DNA of 64,000 nucleotides from a virus, in IMG/VR virus record IMGVR_UViG_3300044742_000097, positions 6,146-70,145 of that record, one strand, 5' to 3'. Below are positions 9,414-18,840 of the stretch, piece by piece. The notes beneath the pieces are model-generated. The model was not told the origin of the DNA. It ran no database searches and saw nothing but the letters and a program-made list of their open reading frames with translations. The position numbers and the translations under genes were made by a program. Each line of letters begins with the position of its first letter. Position 1 is the stretch's first letter.

Positions 9414-10303
9414 TACGCAGCCCTCATGTAGTTAATTACCAAGGGGCCAGCGGACGGCGTAAGCGTCTGAAGCTGGAAGGTGAACGATCCCGTCCCTGGA
9501 ACAGCCTGCATGCTGAGCGGGTCGATGCTGTCCGACGCGTTCGCCTGAGTCTCGGGCACTCCAGCCAGACCAACCATGATTCTGTCCGTGGGAAGCACCG
9601 CAGCATCCACGACGCTGACAGACTGAAAGCGACTCGCCGGAAATGGAAGCACGACCGTTGCCTGCGTAATAGATCCGCCTCCCCCTCCACTACCCGCCGG
9701 ACCCGTGGCACCGGGAGGTCCACGCTCACCCTCTTGACTGAGAGAGTCCATGTCCGACAAAAAGAAGAGTGCAGGTCCGGCTGGTCCTGCTGCTCCCTGG
9801 GCTCCAGCCGCGCCGGGATTGCCTGGAGGGCCGGGAAAGCTAATAGCATCTCCCTCTGAGCTACCGAAGCCCCCATCTGAGAGAAAGAACTGACCAGAGC
9901 CGTCTGGCCCAGATGGGCCGGGAGGTCCCTGCGGTCCCGGAGGGCCTGGGAAGCTGATGGCGTCGCTGTCCGAGCCTCCAAGTCCGAAGGCGCTGTCGGA
10001 CATCATAAACTGACCGGAGGTGCTGTCGGCTCCCGCTGGCCCTGGAGGGCCGATTGGACCGGGCTCTCCTCTCATCCCCGGAGCACCGTCCTCCCCGAAG
10101 ATGTCCCCGTCTCCCAGCATAAACAGTGCGATACCGGGAAGGCCCTGATCTCCTTGGGGTCCAGGTGGGCCGGGACCTCCTCCACCTGGAGACCAGAAGG
10201 TGTCGTAGTTCCGAGCAGTCAGCTTGGTGAGAACGTCCCCCGGGTCTCCGAGGGGCGGGATCGGCACCGCAACGATGCCGCCTGTTCCCATTCCAGATTG
10301 CAT
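9413..10303 (-). CDS. collagen-like fibre protein
   Basis: Multiple G-X-Y runs (GPPGPQGPPGPSGPDG) interrupted by repeated hydrophobic/acidic units. Confidence 0.8.
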   Translation of the reverse strand: MQSGMGTGGIVAVPIPPLGDPGDVLTKLTARNYDTFWSPGGGGPGPPGPQGDQGLPGIALFMLGDGDIFGEDGAPGMRGEPGPIGPPGPAGADSTSGQFMMSDSAFGLGGSDSDAISFPGPPGPQGPPGPSGPDGSGQFFLSDGGFGSSEGDAISFPGPPGNPGAAGAQGAAGPAGPALFFLSDMDSLSQEGERGPPGATGPAGSGGGGGSITQATVVLPFPASRFQSVSVVDAAVLPTDRIMVGLAGVPETQANASDSIDPLSMQAVPGTGSFTFQLQTLTPSAGPLVINYMRAA

Positions 10304-10306
10304 GGG

Positions 10307-10855
10307 CTACCCCACCGCCGCCTGGAGTTGAGCTCGAACCGCCTGGAGGCGCGTGCGCTCGGTCGCTAGCTCCTCAGCACGTTTAGTAAGCTCTGCCCCT
10401 TGTGCGGCCAGTGAAGCTTGCTGTGCTGTGACGGCCGTCTCCATCTCGTCGGCGTGGGCTAGCTTCTCCTCGGCCGCTCGATCTTTCGAGGTAGCTGAGT
10501 CGAGGACCACAGACGCTTGTGTCATCCGCTTCTCGGCTTCCGCTCGAATGCGATCGGCGTCCTTTCCGGCCTCCGCAACGATGGCTCGGGCGTCAGTATC
10601 GGCCTTGGCTCTGAGAGCCGCCGCCACTCCCTCGGCCTCCTTTCGCAGATTCGCAAGCGCATCGTGCTCCTTCTGAATCTTCTCACGCAGCGCGACAATC
10701 TCACTCGCCGGAGCAGCGAGCTTGACCATAGCATCGGCCTCCTCGTACGCCTTCGTGAGAGCCTCGATGCGCTGGCGCACGGCCTCGGGGTTGTTGATCA
10801 AGGCGACGATCGCATCCAATGCCGATCGCTCGCCTGCGGTCAGTCCACTGCTCAT
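10307..10855 (-). CDS. coiled-coil protein
   Basis: Ala/Glu/Lys/Arg-rich heptad character. Confidence 0.55.
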   Translation of the reverse strand: MSSGLTAGERSALDAIVALINNPEAVRQRIEALTKAYEEADAMVKLAAPASEIVALREKIQKEHDALANLRKEAEGVAAALRAKADTDARAIVAEAGKDADRIRAEAEKRMTQASVVLDSATSKDRAAEEKLAHADEMETAVTAQQASLAAQGAELTKRAEELATERTRLQAVRAQLQAAVG

Positions 10856-10865
10856 GCGTTTCTCC

Positions 10866-11189
10866 TCAGCCGGTCGCGCCAGCTTGAATGATCGCCAAGC
10901 GCGCGCTTCCAGCCCCCGCCGTCTGATTCAGGCGGATGGCTCGTGGCGGATAGGCGTAGTTTCCGTCCTGATTCGCCGCGATCGCCGCCAGGGTGGGGTG
11001 CGGAAACCAGGTAGCCGTCGCCGGGTTGAACGTCGGAGAGAATGGATCGTCGAACGTGTGCTCCACCGTAACGGTAGCAGCAGGCGTGATGATAACACCC
11101 AGTCCGATGTTTACCGGCGACTGATACTGGTCAATGGGGCAGACCGCACTAACACTGACCCCATTGGTCGTAAGGTAAACGGGCCTCAC
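10866..11189 (-). CDS. small virion protein
   Basis: TVEHTFDDP..W.PH..RAIRL pattern; structural operon. Confidence 0.5.
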   Translation of the reverse strand: MRPVYLTTNGVSVSAVCPIDQYQSPVNIGLGVIITPAATVTVEHTFDDPFSPTFNPATATWFPHPTLAAIAANQDGNYAYPPRAIRLNQTAGAGSARLAIIQAGATG

Positions 11190-11191
11190 GT

Positions 11192-11893
11192 CTAACGCTC
11201 CTGAAGAACAAGAATCTGATCGATGTCCATGTTCTTCGCGACCGCCTCTCCATTCTGAACGCCGATCGTCGGACCCATCAGAACTGAGGGAAGCGCCACA
11301 GGAGTGATTCTCGCCAGGACCGTGCCGTTGATTCCCGCCCAGAGATCCACTCCGCCGTCGTAGTAGAACTGGAACCGGTACGAGGTGGCCGCCGCGATCG
11401 TAACGCCGAGCGCGCCCGAAGTAGTCTCGACTGTCGCCGCGCGGCTGACGAAGGCGATGGTCGCGGCGCCGTCGTCCTTGCGGAAGAAGATGCCATTCGC
11501 CGGAGTCAGGAAGTCGTTCGCCGCGACTGCGATCTGCAGACCGATCGAGAAGTCCGACTGAGTGGCATCAGAAATCTGCGCGATGCGAGCTTGGAAGAAC
11601 AGCTTCTTGCCGGCGACGATCTGGAAGTTTGGATTGTTTCGCTGAATGTATCGATTGTCGTTGTCCGCCGCCGCGTTCGTTAGACGCAGCAGACCGCCGA
11701 GACCCGCCTGAACGGCAGTGGTCCCGGCGCCGACGCCACCTGTGGCCCAGTCGGTGACGAGGTAGTGGTCGAACTCGGTGAAGTCTCGAATGAAGTCGGA
11801 CATGTCCGGCTCCATCAGAGATGCGAAGATATCCGAGACTGGGACGTTGCCGACGCCGCCAGGATACCGCGTGACGAGATTGTCGATAAGCAT
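11192..11893 (-). CDS. virion protein, lectin/ConA-like beta-sandwich (putative)
   Basis: Follows MCP; beta-rich, ends in DIDQILVLQER. Confidence 0.5.
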   Translation of the reverse strand: MLIDNLVTRYPGGVGNVPVSDIFASLMEPDMSDFIRDFTEFDHYLVTDWATGGVGAGTTAVQAGLGGLLRLTNAAADNDNRYIQRNNPNFQIVAGKKLFFQARIAQISDATQSDFSIGLQIAVAANDFLTPANGIFFRKDDGAATIAFVSRAATVETTSGALGVTIAAATSYRFQFYYDGGVDLWAGINGTVLARITPVALPSVLMGPTIGVQNGEAVAKNMDIDQILVLQER

Positions 11894-11986
11894 TGAATAC
11901 TCCTACAGTTCGTTCTCTTCCGAACCAGGAGCTGGAGGTTCTCTTCCCCCCAGCCCCTGGAGTCTAGGACTTTGAGTTGCTGTGTA

Positions 11987-12904
11987 CTAGAGACCCGGTG
12001 TCCCCCAGTTGTCGCGGGGATCGGTCCAGCCCGGAATGTACCGTTCCGTGCTCTTGTAGCGCATCGAGTCGGTCTCGAAGTCACCCTCCATCGCCTTCTG
12101 GAGTCCACGGCGCATCATGAGCTGAACACCGCGGCGGACATTCCCGTTCTGGATCCACCAGGCTGTGGTCGAGGTAACGCGGCTGAGAACCGCGACTCCC
12201 TGCGACAGCATTCCGGTAGTGTTGATCGGGTTGATGTCGTTGTTCGCCGCACCCGTTCGCAACACGCTCTTGATGATGACTTCCGCCTGGAACATGTTGC
12301 TCGGGGAAACGATGAACTTCACGGGGTTGAGCCGGACCTTCTTGCCGTTGGCATCGACGGCGCTTCGGATCTGGATCAACATCTGCTCGGCCGAGGTCTG
12401 GCTGAGCGCCGCCGCCGTCGTCAACAGGTTTGAATAGACGCCACTCACCAGAGGGTGGCTGAGGCTATTCATCGGTTGACCGTCGCCGCCGGGGAACGCT
12501 GCGTTGAACGCGCGGTTGAAAATCTGCGCGACCAGCGTCTCCTTCGTCTCGATCATGGACTGCGCGAGGTGCTCCGAGTAGATCTTGCCGATGGAGATGT
12601 GATCTCCGTCTTCGACCAAGATCCGCGTCAGAGCGAACGCCAAGCCGAAGACACGGTAGATGTACCGCTGTCTGAACAGCTCGCCGCCCTGTCCGTAAGT
12701 GACGGGGTCACCGTCCGGAACTTCGGGCGCGGCGTTGAAGCCGTACAGGACCGGCTCCTCGTGGTAGGCGCGCTTGATGCCGTCTCTCTGCTTGGCAACG
12801 TCCTTCCACTCGTCCTTGCGCTGATCGTAGATACCGTCGAACACTTCGTTGAGAATGGGCTCGACCACCGACCGGAAGTCGGTACTACGCATTGGATTGG
12901 CCAT
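11987..12904 (-). CDS. major capsid protein (HK97 fold)
   Basis: 305 aa; FNRAF..FPGGDG, DFETDSMRYK..ERY..GWTDPR..WGTPG motifs; follows scaffold and cement genes. Confidence 0.88.
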   Translation of the reverse strand: MANPMRSTDFRSVVEPILNEVFDGIYDQRKDEWKDVAKQRDGIKRAYHEEPVLYGFNAAPEVPDGDPVTYGQGGELFRQRYIYRVFGLAFALTRILVEDGDHISIGKIYSEHLAQSMIETKETLVAQIFNRAFNAAFPGGDGQPMNSLSHPLVSGVYSNLLTTAAALSQTSAEQMLIQIRSAVDANGKKVRLNPVKFIVSPSNMFQAEVIIKSVLRTGAANNDINPINTTGMLSQGVAVLSRVTSTTAWWIQNGNVRRGVQLMMRRGLQKAMEGDFETDSMRYKSTERYIPGWTDPRDNWGTPGL

Positions 12905-12928
12905 TGTAGTGCTCCTCCTTCAGGTTGG

Positions 12929-13495
12929 TTAGACCGACACGATGTCGGCGGTGTATTGATGTTCGGAGAACTGCACGAGGACGATCGGGAAGGGATCGCC
13001 CCAGTCGTTGTCCGGCCCTGGATTGAGACCGATCACGCGAAGACCCGCGTTCGCCGCCGCTGTGGATACGCCCAGCGCCACGGACGACAGTCCGGTAATG
13101 GTACTACCCGCAAGGGCAGTCCAATCGTACTGCTGTCCGAGGGCCGCACGTGTCAGCGTCGCGTCCGCCTGGATCTCGTAGACCAACCCCGGCTGGTCGA
13201 TCGTCCAGTACGCCCTCATGTTCGAGGTCGTGGGAAGGACGGTATTCGCCACCCATTGATTGGCCATGTTGTGATGGCCAAGGACATCCGTGTACTCGAC
13301 GCCTTGGAAGACGCCGAGGGCACGAGTGCCCGCTGCAGCCGACGTCAGGAAACCGTTCACGTCTACTGAGACGGGACCGTTCTGAAATACGGCTGTGTTG
13401 TACGCCGATGCGATAGCCGCCAGTGGGCCCGGACGGACTGTGCCCGTCGGGGAAAACACTGGCCGGATACCGAAGGGCGCGGCTAGTTGAGACAT
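12929..13495 (-). CDS. capsid cement/decoration protein
   Basis: APFGIRPV, GVFQGVEYTD, YEIQAD; directly upstream of MCP. Confidence 0.65.
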   Translation of the reverse strand: MSQLAAPFGIRPVFSPTGTVRPGPLAAIASAYNTAVFQNGPVSVDVNGFLTSAAAGTRALGVFQGVEYTDVLGHHNMANQWVANTVLPTTSNMRAYWTIDQPGLVYEIQADATLTRAALGQQYDWTALAGSTITGLSSVALGVSTAAANAGLRVIGLNPGPDNDWGDPFPIVLVQFSEHQYTADIVSV

Positions 13496-13530
13496 TCGCC
13501 TGACTCCTTGGTGAAACTAGGTCTTTCCGC

Positions 13531-14097
13531 CTAGCGTTCCCCGGTCTGCCTAGCAAACCGAGGTGCTGGACGGTCCGCGACGATGTCTTCTGAGCCTTCC
13601 TCGATCTCGATTCGGATGCTCTTCTTGCCACGCTTGGCCTGGCGAGCCATCTGCTCGCGCATAACCTCGACGGCATCGTTGAGCTTCTCCTCTTCGAGCA
13701 ACGGTTGATCGTGATGTGCCTCTTTCATGTACATCTGGTAGAGGCGAAGGGGCAACTTGAAGGCAACCATCTCGTTTACGGTGATGAGCTCACCGTACGA
13801 CCCCGACTTGACCGAGTCAATCTGAAAGCCGGGAATATCCGACTTCTTGACTGGCTCATATCCCAGGCGCATACGCGCGGGGATCGAGTCGGCAGGGTTG
13901 GTAGTGGTCAGCCATATGACGTGATACCCCTTGATCTTGGGAAGATTCGGAAGAATCGATTGAAACAATGATTGGCGAAACTCGTCCAGTCTTTCCTGGT
14001 CGTCGAGTACACGACTATCCGCTGCCCTTGATCCATCCAGGCTACGATCACGCCGTACTTTGCTTCCTAGTCTCGCGTCGTTCAGTCTGCGTGCCAT
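13531..14097 (-). CDS. conserved head-module protein
   Basis: GYHVIW...RLGYEPVK pattern between scaffold and cement genes. Confidence 0.55.
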   Translation of the reverse strand: MARRLNDARLGSKVRRDRSLDGSRAADSRVLDDQERLDEFRQSLFQSILPNLPKIKGYHVIWLTTTNPADSIPARMRLGYEPVKKSDIPGFQIDSVKSGSYGELITVNEMVAFKLPLRLYQMYMKEAHHDQPLLEEEKLNDAVEVMREQMARQAKRGKKSIRIEIEEGSEDIVADRPAPRFARQTGER

Positions 14098-14125
14098 TAG
14101 AGGCTCCTGCTAAAAATCGTTGTTG

Positions 14126-15217
14126 TTAGGAGATGCCGTGCTCGCGATCATAGTCCCGATATCGCTTCAGGTACTTCTCGCGTAGCTCCAGATCATCCCA
14201 CGCCCCAGCCTCTTTCAGAGCCTCGATGCGCTCACGGCTGAGGTACACTTCGTTCGCTCGGAGGTCACGACCAGGACCGCCTGTCCTGAACTTCGGACCC
14301 CCATTACCAGCGCGGACACCCTCGCGCTCTTTCCGCTTCTTCGACTTGGGACGCTCATCCTCATCCTCGTCGTCATCGATGTCCTCGTCCTCGGTGTCTC
14401 GACCGTTCTTGGCCTTCTTGCCCTTTACGCGCTTGGGCAGGACCTCGGCAATCCGACTATCCAACTCGTCCCAGTACTCCTTGGTAGCCGGGTCGAACCC
14501 CTCATCGATCATCTCCAGATCGATCACGCGCGCGATCTTTGAGTCACGATCCTTCAGGTTGAAGTCGTACCAGTCGTTCCGCTTCGCCCAGGCACGAGCG
14601 TTGGCAACAACCTTCGGGTTCGGGGGCGGCGGCTTCTCCTGCTCAGGTGCTCTCTCGGAATCCTCCTTGGCAGCCTCGAAGTCCTTGAGCTGGTCGCGAA
14701 GCTGATCGCGAATCCTCTGCGCCTCCGCCAGCTCGTCACCCTTCGAATTGGTGACGGCCTCGGCCATGACGCTCTCGGCCTTCCGAATGAGAGCCTTGTG
14801 CTGCGAAATCTTGGTGTCCAGGGCGGACTTGTCGGTCGAGTCCTGCCGACTGACGATCTCCTGGATCTGCCGTTCGAGCTTGTCGTTGCGAGTCTCCAGG
14901 AACCGAACCTCGGTCCTGAGACGCGCTTCAGCTGCTTTGCGCTTCTGATTACGGGTCTTGTGCGAGGCTCTTTCCTGTTTCTTCTGCTCAGCCTCTGCCT
15001 CGGTCTCCTCGGAAGCACCAAGGCGCTCGTCCTCGGCTTCCGGCTCATCCTCGTCCTTGTCTTCCTGGTCCTCTTTCTTATCTCCCTTGTCCTTGGCTTC
15101 CTTTGGGTCCGGAAGATCCTCGTCCTTCTCGCTGATCGCGGGGACATCCAGGTTCTTCGGGTCATCCGTTACGATGACCAGTCCTTCCTCTTTCTCTTCT
15201 TTGTCTTCTTTAGCCAT
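14126..15217 (-). CDS. capsid scaffolding protein
   Basis: Acidic N-terminus, coiled coil, W..RN.W and EGFDP...YWDELD motifs, position between portal and MCP. Confidence 0.7.
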   Translation of the reverse strand: MAKEDKEEKEEGLVIVTDDPKNLDVPAISEKDEDLPDPKEAKDKGDKKEDQEDKDEDEPEAEDERLGASEETEAEAEQKKQERASHKTRNQKRKAAEARLRTEVRFLETRNDKLERQIQEIVSRQDSTDKSALDTKISQHKALIRKAESVMAEAVTNSKGDELAEAQRIRDQLRDQLKDFEAAKEDSERAPEQEKPPPPNPKVVANARAWAKRNDWYDFNLKDRDSKIARVIDLEMIDEGFDPATKEYWDELDSRIAEVLPKRVKGKKAKNGRDTEDEDIDDDEDEDERPKSKKRKEREGVRAGNGGPKFRTGGPGRDLRANEVYLSRERIEALKEAGAWDDLELREKYLKRYRDYDREHGIS

Positions 15218-15233
15218 TCCAGTTTACCTCGGG

Positions 15234-15737
15234 TTACTCAAAGTAGGCAACCATCTCTAGTGGGTCGCCTTCGATTTCCCCGCTCAGGTCCACGTCTCTG
15301 AAGAGAGCGAACAAAGCGGGGTCTGGTGAGCCTGGTACGCGAACATGCCATCGATCGCCGCCGTACATGGGGCAACGAATGAACATGCCTTCGTGTACCC
15401 AAGCTTTCTCGGGCCAGGGTTGCAGGGTGTCTCGGTTCTTGAACGCCACGGGACCGACGGCGATGACTTTCGCAACTTGAGTATTCCACTTCTCAACTTC
15501 GCGGGACTCCTGTGGAAGAATGAATCCCGTTTTCGTGCGGGTCATCGGCGTGCGGATCTGAACTAGGACCTTGTCTCCGAAGGGCTTCAAACCGGGCTTG
15601 ACGTTGGGAAAGGCATCCTCCAGGGAGCCATAATCCCAACCGCCGATCTTGGAGACCTCAGATGGCCCCTCGTTCTTCCGCTGGAAGTCCGATGGTGTAA
15701 CCGCCTTACTTGTTTTCGTCATCGTCCTCTGCCTCAA
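15234..15737 (-). CDS. groES: GroES-like co-chaperonin (start uncertain)
   Basis: LKPFGDKVLV, TKTGFILP mobile loop, KVIAVGP. Confidence 0.8.
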   Translation of the reverse strand: MRQRTMTKTSKAVTPSDFQRKNEGPSEVSKIGGWDYGSLEDAFPNVKPGLKPFGDKVLVQIRTPMTRTKTGFILPQESREVEKWNTQVAKVIAVGPVAFKNRDTLQPWPEKAWVHEGMFIRCPMYGGDRWHVRVPGSPDPALFALFRDVDLSGEIEGDPLEMVAYFE

Positions 15738-15897
15738 GCATCTCAGTTAACCATTGCTCGACGAGACCGAAGCCTTTCATCACGCCGTGGTGGACACCAT
15801 ACTCGAAGGACGTTTTGTCGACGACCGCTTCGGTGAGTGCCTCTACTGCATAGTTCTTGGCTTCGTCCTGCAACTTGGAAAGGAACTTATTGAGCAC
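15706..15897 (-). CDS. small head-module protein
   Basis: Short helical ORF upstream of GroES-like gene. Confidence 0.55.
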   Translation of the reverse strand: MLNKFLSKLQDEAKNYAVEALTEAVVDKTSFEYGVHHGVMKGFGLVEQWLTEMLEAEDDDENK

Positions 15898-15945
15898 GAC
15901 TCTACTCCTACCGGGTGCCGATGTAAACCGGTCCCCTATGGGGTA

Positions 15946-16065
15946 CTACTTCTTCCCCTTAACGGGAGGCGCCTTAGCGGCACCGCGCACCTTTCCGGAG
16001 CCTGAAACCTTCTGTGTCGGCTTGCCTGTCGTTGCCAAACCGAAGTGCTGTCTGACTGCGCCCAT
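15946..16065 (-). CDS. 39-aa basic protein (below ORF-track cutoff)
   Basis: AAGGAG RBS then MGAVRQHFGLATTGKPTQKVSGSGKVRGAAKAPPVKGKK*. Confidence 0.55.
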   Translation of the reverse strand: MGAVRQHFGLATTGKPTQKVSGSGKVRGAAKAPPVKGKK

Positions 16066-16164
16066 TGGCTTTCTCCTTCGTCCATATTGAGGGGCTCGTG
16101 ACGTAAAAAAGTCCAGTCTGCGTAGTGTTCGAGGTTACCAGGTCTGGGTTAACCCAACTGGTCC

Positions 16165-18831
16165 CTAGCCTTTAGGGCGTCCGCCCGAGGGATTTTTGTT
16201 TGCTCCCGTACCGGTGGAGACCTTTACTTTCTCCGCTGACTGGATTTCGGCCGCTGCGACTCGAAGCGCGGTCAGGTTGTCCTGAGTGTTCCGACGTTCC
16301 TCCGAGCTCAGCTCGGCGGCAGCACGCTGATCTTCGGCCCGTTCCTGCGTAGCGATCTCCTGGAGTCGAGCAACCAGCTCCTGAGCCTGCCTCGCATTCT
16401 CTTGGGCCTCTTGGATAGCCACCTCCCGCTCGCTTGCCGAAAGCTTTGTGAACTCCAGTTGACTCTTCGCCTGTCGATCGGCGGCCTTCGACTGGAAGTC
16501 CAATATCTTGTTCTCTTTGGTAAGACCCAGTTTCTCTTTCTCGCGCTGGTCTTTCATCTGGTCTGCCTTCGCCTTGCGTTCGACCTCGGCACGCTTGTCC
16601 GGATCGCTCGGGAGGGTCTGAGGCGTGTACTGCTGGATAAGTGTCTGCGCCTGTTGTATGACCTGCGGGAGAACTCCAAAGACCGCAGCCTCTCTCTGGA
16701 GGATTCCATTGCTCGCCGCCGCCAGAACCCGGTCCAGATCTTTGCGAGTCTCCGGATCGCGCTCCTTCATTATCAGGGTCATACCGTCCTCATCCACTTC
16801 GAGCGTCGCTCGGGTCAGCTCGTAGAATTCGTTTGCGTACCAGAGGACGAGATGTTCTTTCAGGTGGTCCAGAGCGGGCGGGAGGAAGACTGGAGCAACA
16901 ATCGGAAGCTGCCCGAAGAGAGGCGACATGATCGCCTGAACCAGGACGGTGATATGTGCCAGATGGTCCTGTAACGGGAACGCGGTCACCGGCCGACCAA
17001 GCGCCATGGCGACGTTCTCGTTGACCTGGTTCATCTCCTCCGGGGTAGGCTTCGGTACCAAGAACCGGTCTGGATTTGGTATCTTGGCTCTCTCCAGCAG
17101 GAACTTCTCGGTCTCTCTGACGTCGTACACGCCTGGGAGCGCGGCCGCGCGGTCCGCTATGATCTGTGCCTGTGCGATGCGCTGAACGTCGCTGAAGATC
17201 TCCGGATCGGCAGTCGGGATGCAATCAAGCGGACCCTCGAAGTCCGATCGCTGTGCCAGGACCTCTCCCACGTCATTCTTCAACTCGTCCTCGGTCAGAT
17301 ACATCTTGTTGATGCGATGGAGGATACGAATGAAATACGACATCGAGTGGAAGAGCCGCAAGTGAATTGCGGACATGACCTTCATGCCCTCTTCGATCAG
17401 CGCGAGAGTCGTGCCGACCGGGAGGTTCTTGTTGTCTTCCGATAGCTTGTCGAGAGCGACGTGGATCGCCTGTCTGCCAGCGTCTGTAAGGAACCCAAGA
17501 AGTTCCATCAGCGTCGCGGACGGCCCTGCGAACGGGATCGGCATCAGGAGCTTGCGGATGTCCGCGTCCCCTGCGACTCCGCCCTTGATCTCGATAACCT
17601 GCGTGGCGTTGACCGTCTCGTTCTGACCGCTGAAGTTCGCGCCCTTCAGACGTGCGAGTGTCGGAATGTTCTGAATATGCGCCGAATCGAGCAGTGCGCG
17701 CAGTGCGCCGGTCGCGGCGCCCGCAAGCGAGCCGATCGCCTGTCCAAGGCCGATACCCTGCGCTCCACGCCATTGGAAGAAGATCCACTCGACCATCCAC
17801 TGCATGCGGTCGTAGTTTGGATCTTCCTCCTCCCAGTTGCGTGTAATCGAAACGACCTTGCTGCTCGGATGATCGATCGAGATCAGGTAAGGTGCGATGC
17901 CGTACTGTGGCTCCAGGTTTTCATAAACCGAAATCTCGCAAACATTCCGCTGGCCGTCGGAGTTCAGAGGATCGATCTTCTTGCCCTCGACCTTCTGCGC
18001 TGCCTTCTCCGACTCTGTTTCTTCAGGTGGAGTACTGGTCGGGACCGAATCGATGTTTCGATACATGCCCTCGCGAATGCGGGTCTCGAACTCGTCGGTG
18101 GTGACGGGCTCCCAATAGCATTGGCGCTCGGCCGTGTAGTAGTTCGAGGCTGCGGCCGGAATGCTGACGTAATCGAGCGGGACGAAGGTGGGAACCGGAC
18201 GGCGACGACGCTTGGAGTAGTCTGGAATGAGTCGGAGATACATCGCGCCGCCTAGAGGCAGCTGCGAGAGGAGTTGTTCCAGTTCCGATCTGAACTCTGG
18301 CATCTGGAAGATACATTGCCAGTTCATGTAATTTTTCTTGCGTTCGGCCTTCCGTAGCCGCTCGGGCTCGACGTTCTCGCCAGGGACGAACATCTTCACC
18401 GGTCCGTTTGGAGGCATCAGCTCGCGGATCGCCCGACTGGCGAAGTCGAGACAGGCTTCCAGAAGCATCGGATGGACGACTCGGCTCGCACCCTGGAACT
18501 GTGCGCCGCCGGGAGCCTCCTTGCCCAGGCCCGTTCGTTTCTGCGCCTCGGCGTATGCCTTGTCTCGATCCTTCCGCGCCTCCTTGTCTCGATCGACCTG
18601 TTCGAGGAGCCGCGTGGCCATGGAGCTTAGGGTGGTTTCTTGGAACTGACCGGCGATGTTGTCGTAGAAGCCTGCCACCTGGTCGGCGGCCTCGTCCGAC
18701 TCCTCACTAGCGATCTTCGCGATGGCTCCACCATCCTCGGTCATCTCGATATCGTCCGGAGGTGGCTCCTCCCCGATCGTAGCGATGATGCCCCCGTTCG
18801 CCCGCTGGATAGGCTCGATCAGATTTGCCAT
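16165..18831 (-). CDS. portal protein with long C-terminal coiled coil
   Basis: 888 aa downstream of TerL; GASRVVHPMLLEA, VGTTLALIE, SAIH.RL, QRIAQAQ motifs. Confidence 0.88.
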   Translation of the reverse strand: MANLIEPIQRANGGIIATIGEEPPPDDIEMTEDGGAIAKIASEESDEAADQVAGFYDNIAGQFQETTLSSMATRLLEQVDRDKEARKDRDKAYAEAQKRTGLGKEAPGGAQFQGASRVVHPMLLEACLDFASRAIRELMPPNGPVKMFVPGENVEPERLRKAERKKNYMNWQCIFQMPEFRSELEQLLSQLPLGGAMYLRLIPDYSKRRRRPVPTFVPLDYVSIPAAASNYYTAERQCYWEPVTTDEFETRIREGMYRNIDSVPTSTPPEETESEKAAQKVEGKKIDPLNSDGQRNVCEISVYENLEPQYGIAPYLISIDHPSSKVVSITRNWEEEDPNYDRMQWMVEWIFFQWRGAQGIGLGQAIGSLAGAATGALRALLDSAHIQNIPTLARLKGANFSGQNETVNATQVIEIKGGVAGDADIRKLLMPIPFAGPSATLMELLGFLTDAGRQAIHVALDKLSEDNKNLPVGTTLALIEEGMKVMSAIHLRLFHSMSYFIRILHRINKMYLTEDELKNDVGEVLAQRSDFEGPLDCIPTADPEIFSDVQRIAQAQIIADRAAALPGVYDVRETEKFLLERAKIPNPDRFLVPKPTPEEMNQVNENVAMALGRPVTAFPLQDHLAHITVLVQAIMSPLFGQLPIVAPVFLPPALDHLKEHLVLWYANEFYELTRATLEVDEDGMTLIMKERDPETRKDLDRVLAAASNGILQREAAVFGVLPQVIQQAQTLIQQYTPQTLPSDPDKRAEVERKAKADQMKDQREKEKLGLTKENKILDFQSKAADRQAKSQLEFTKLSASEREVAIQEAQENARQAQELVARLQEIATQERAEDQRAAAELSSEERRNTQDNLTALRVAAAEIQSAEKVKVSTGTGANKNPSGGRPKG

Positions 18832-18840
18832 TGCGAACTC

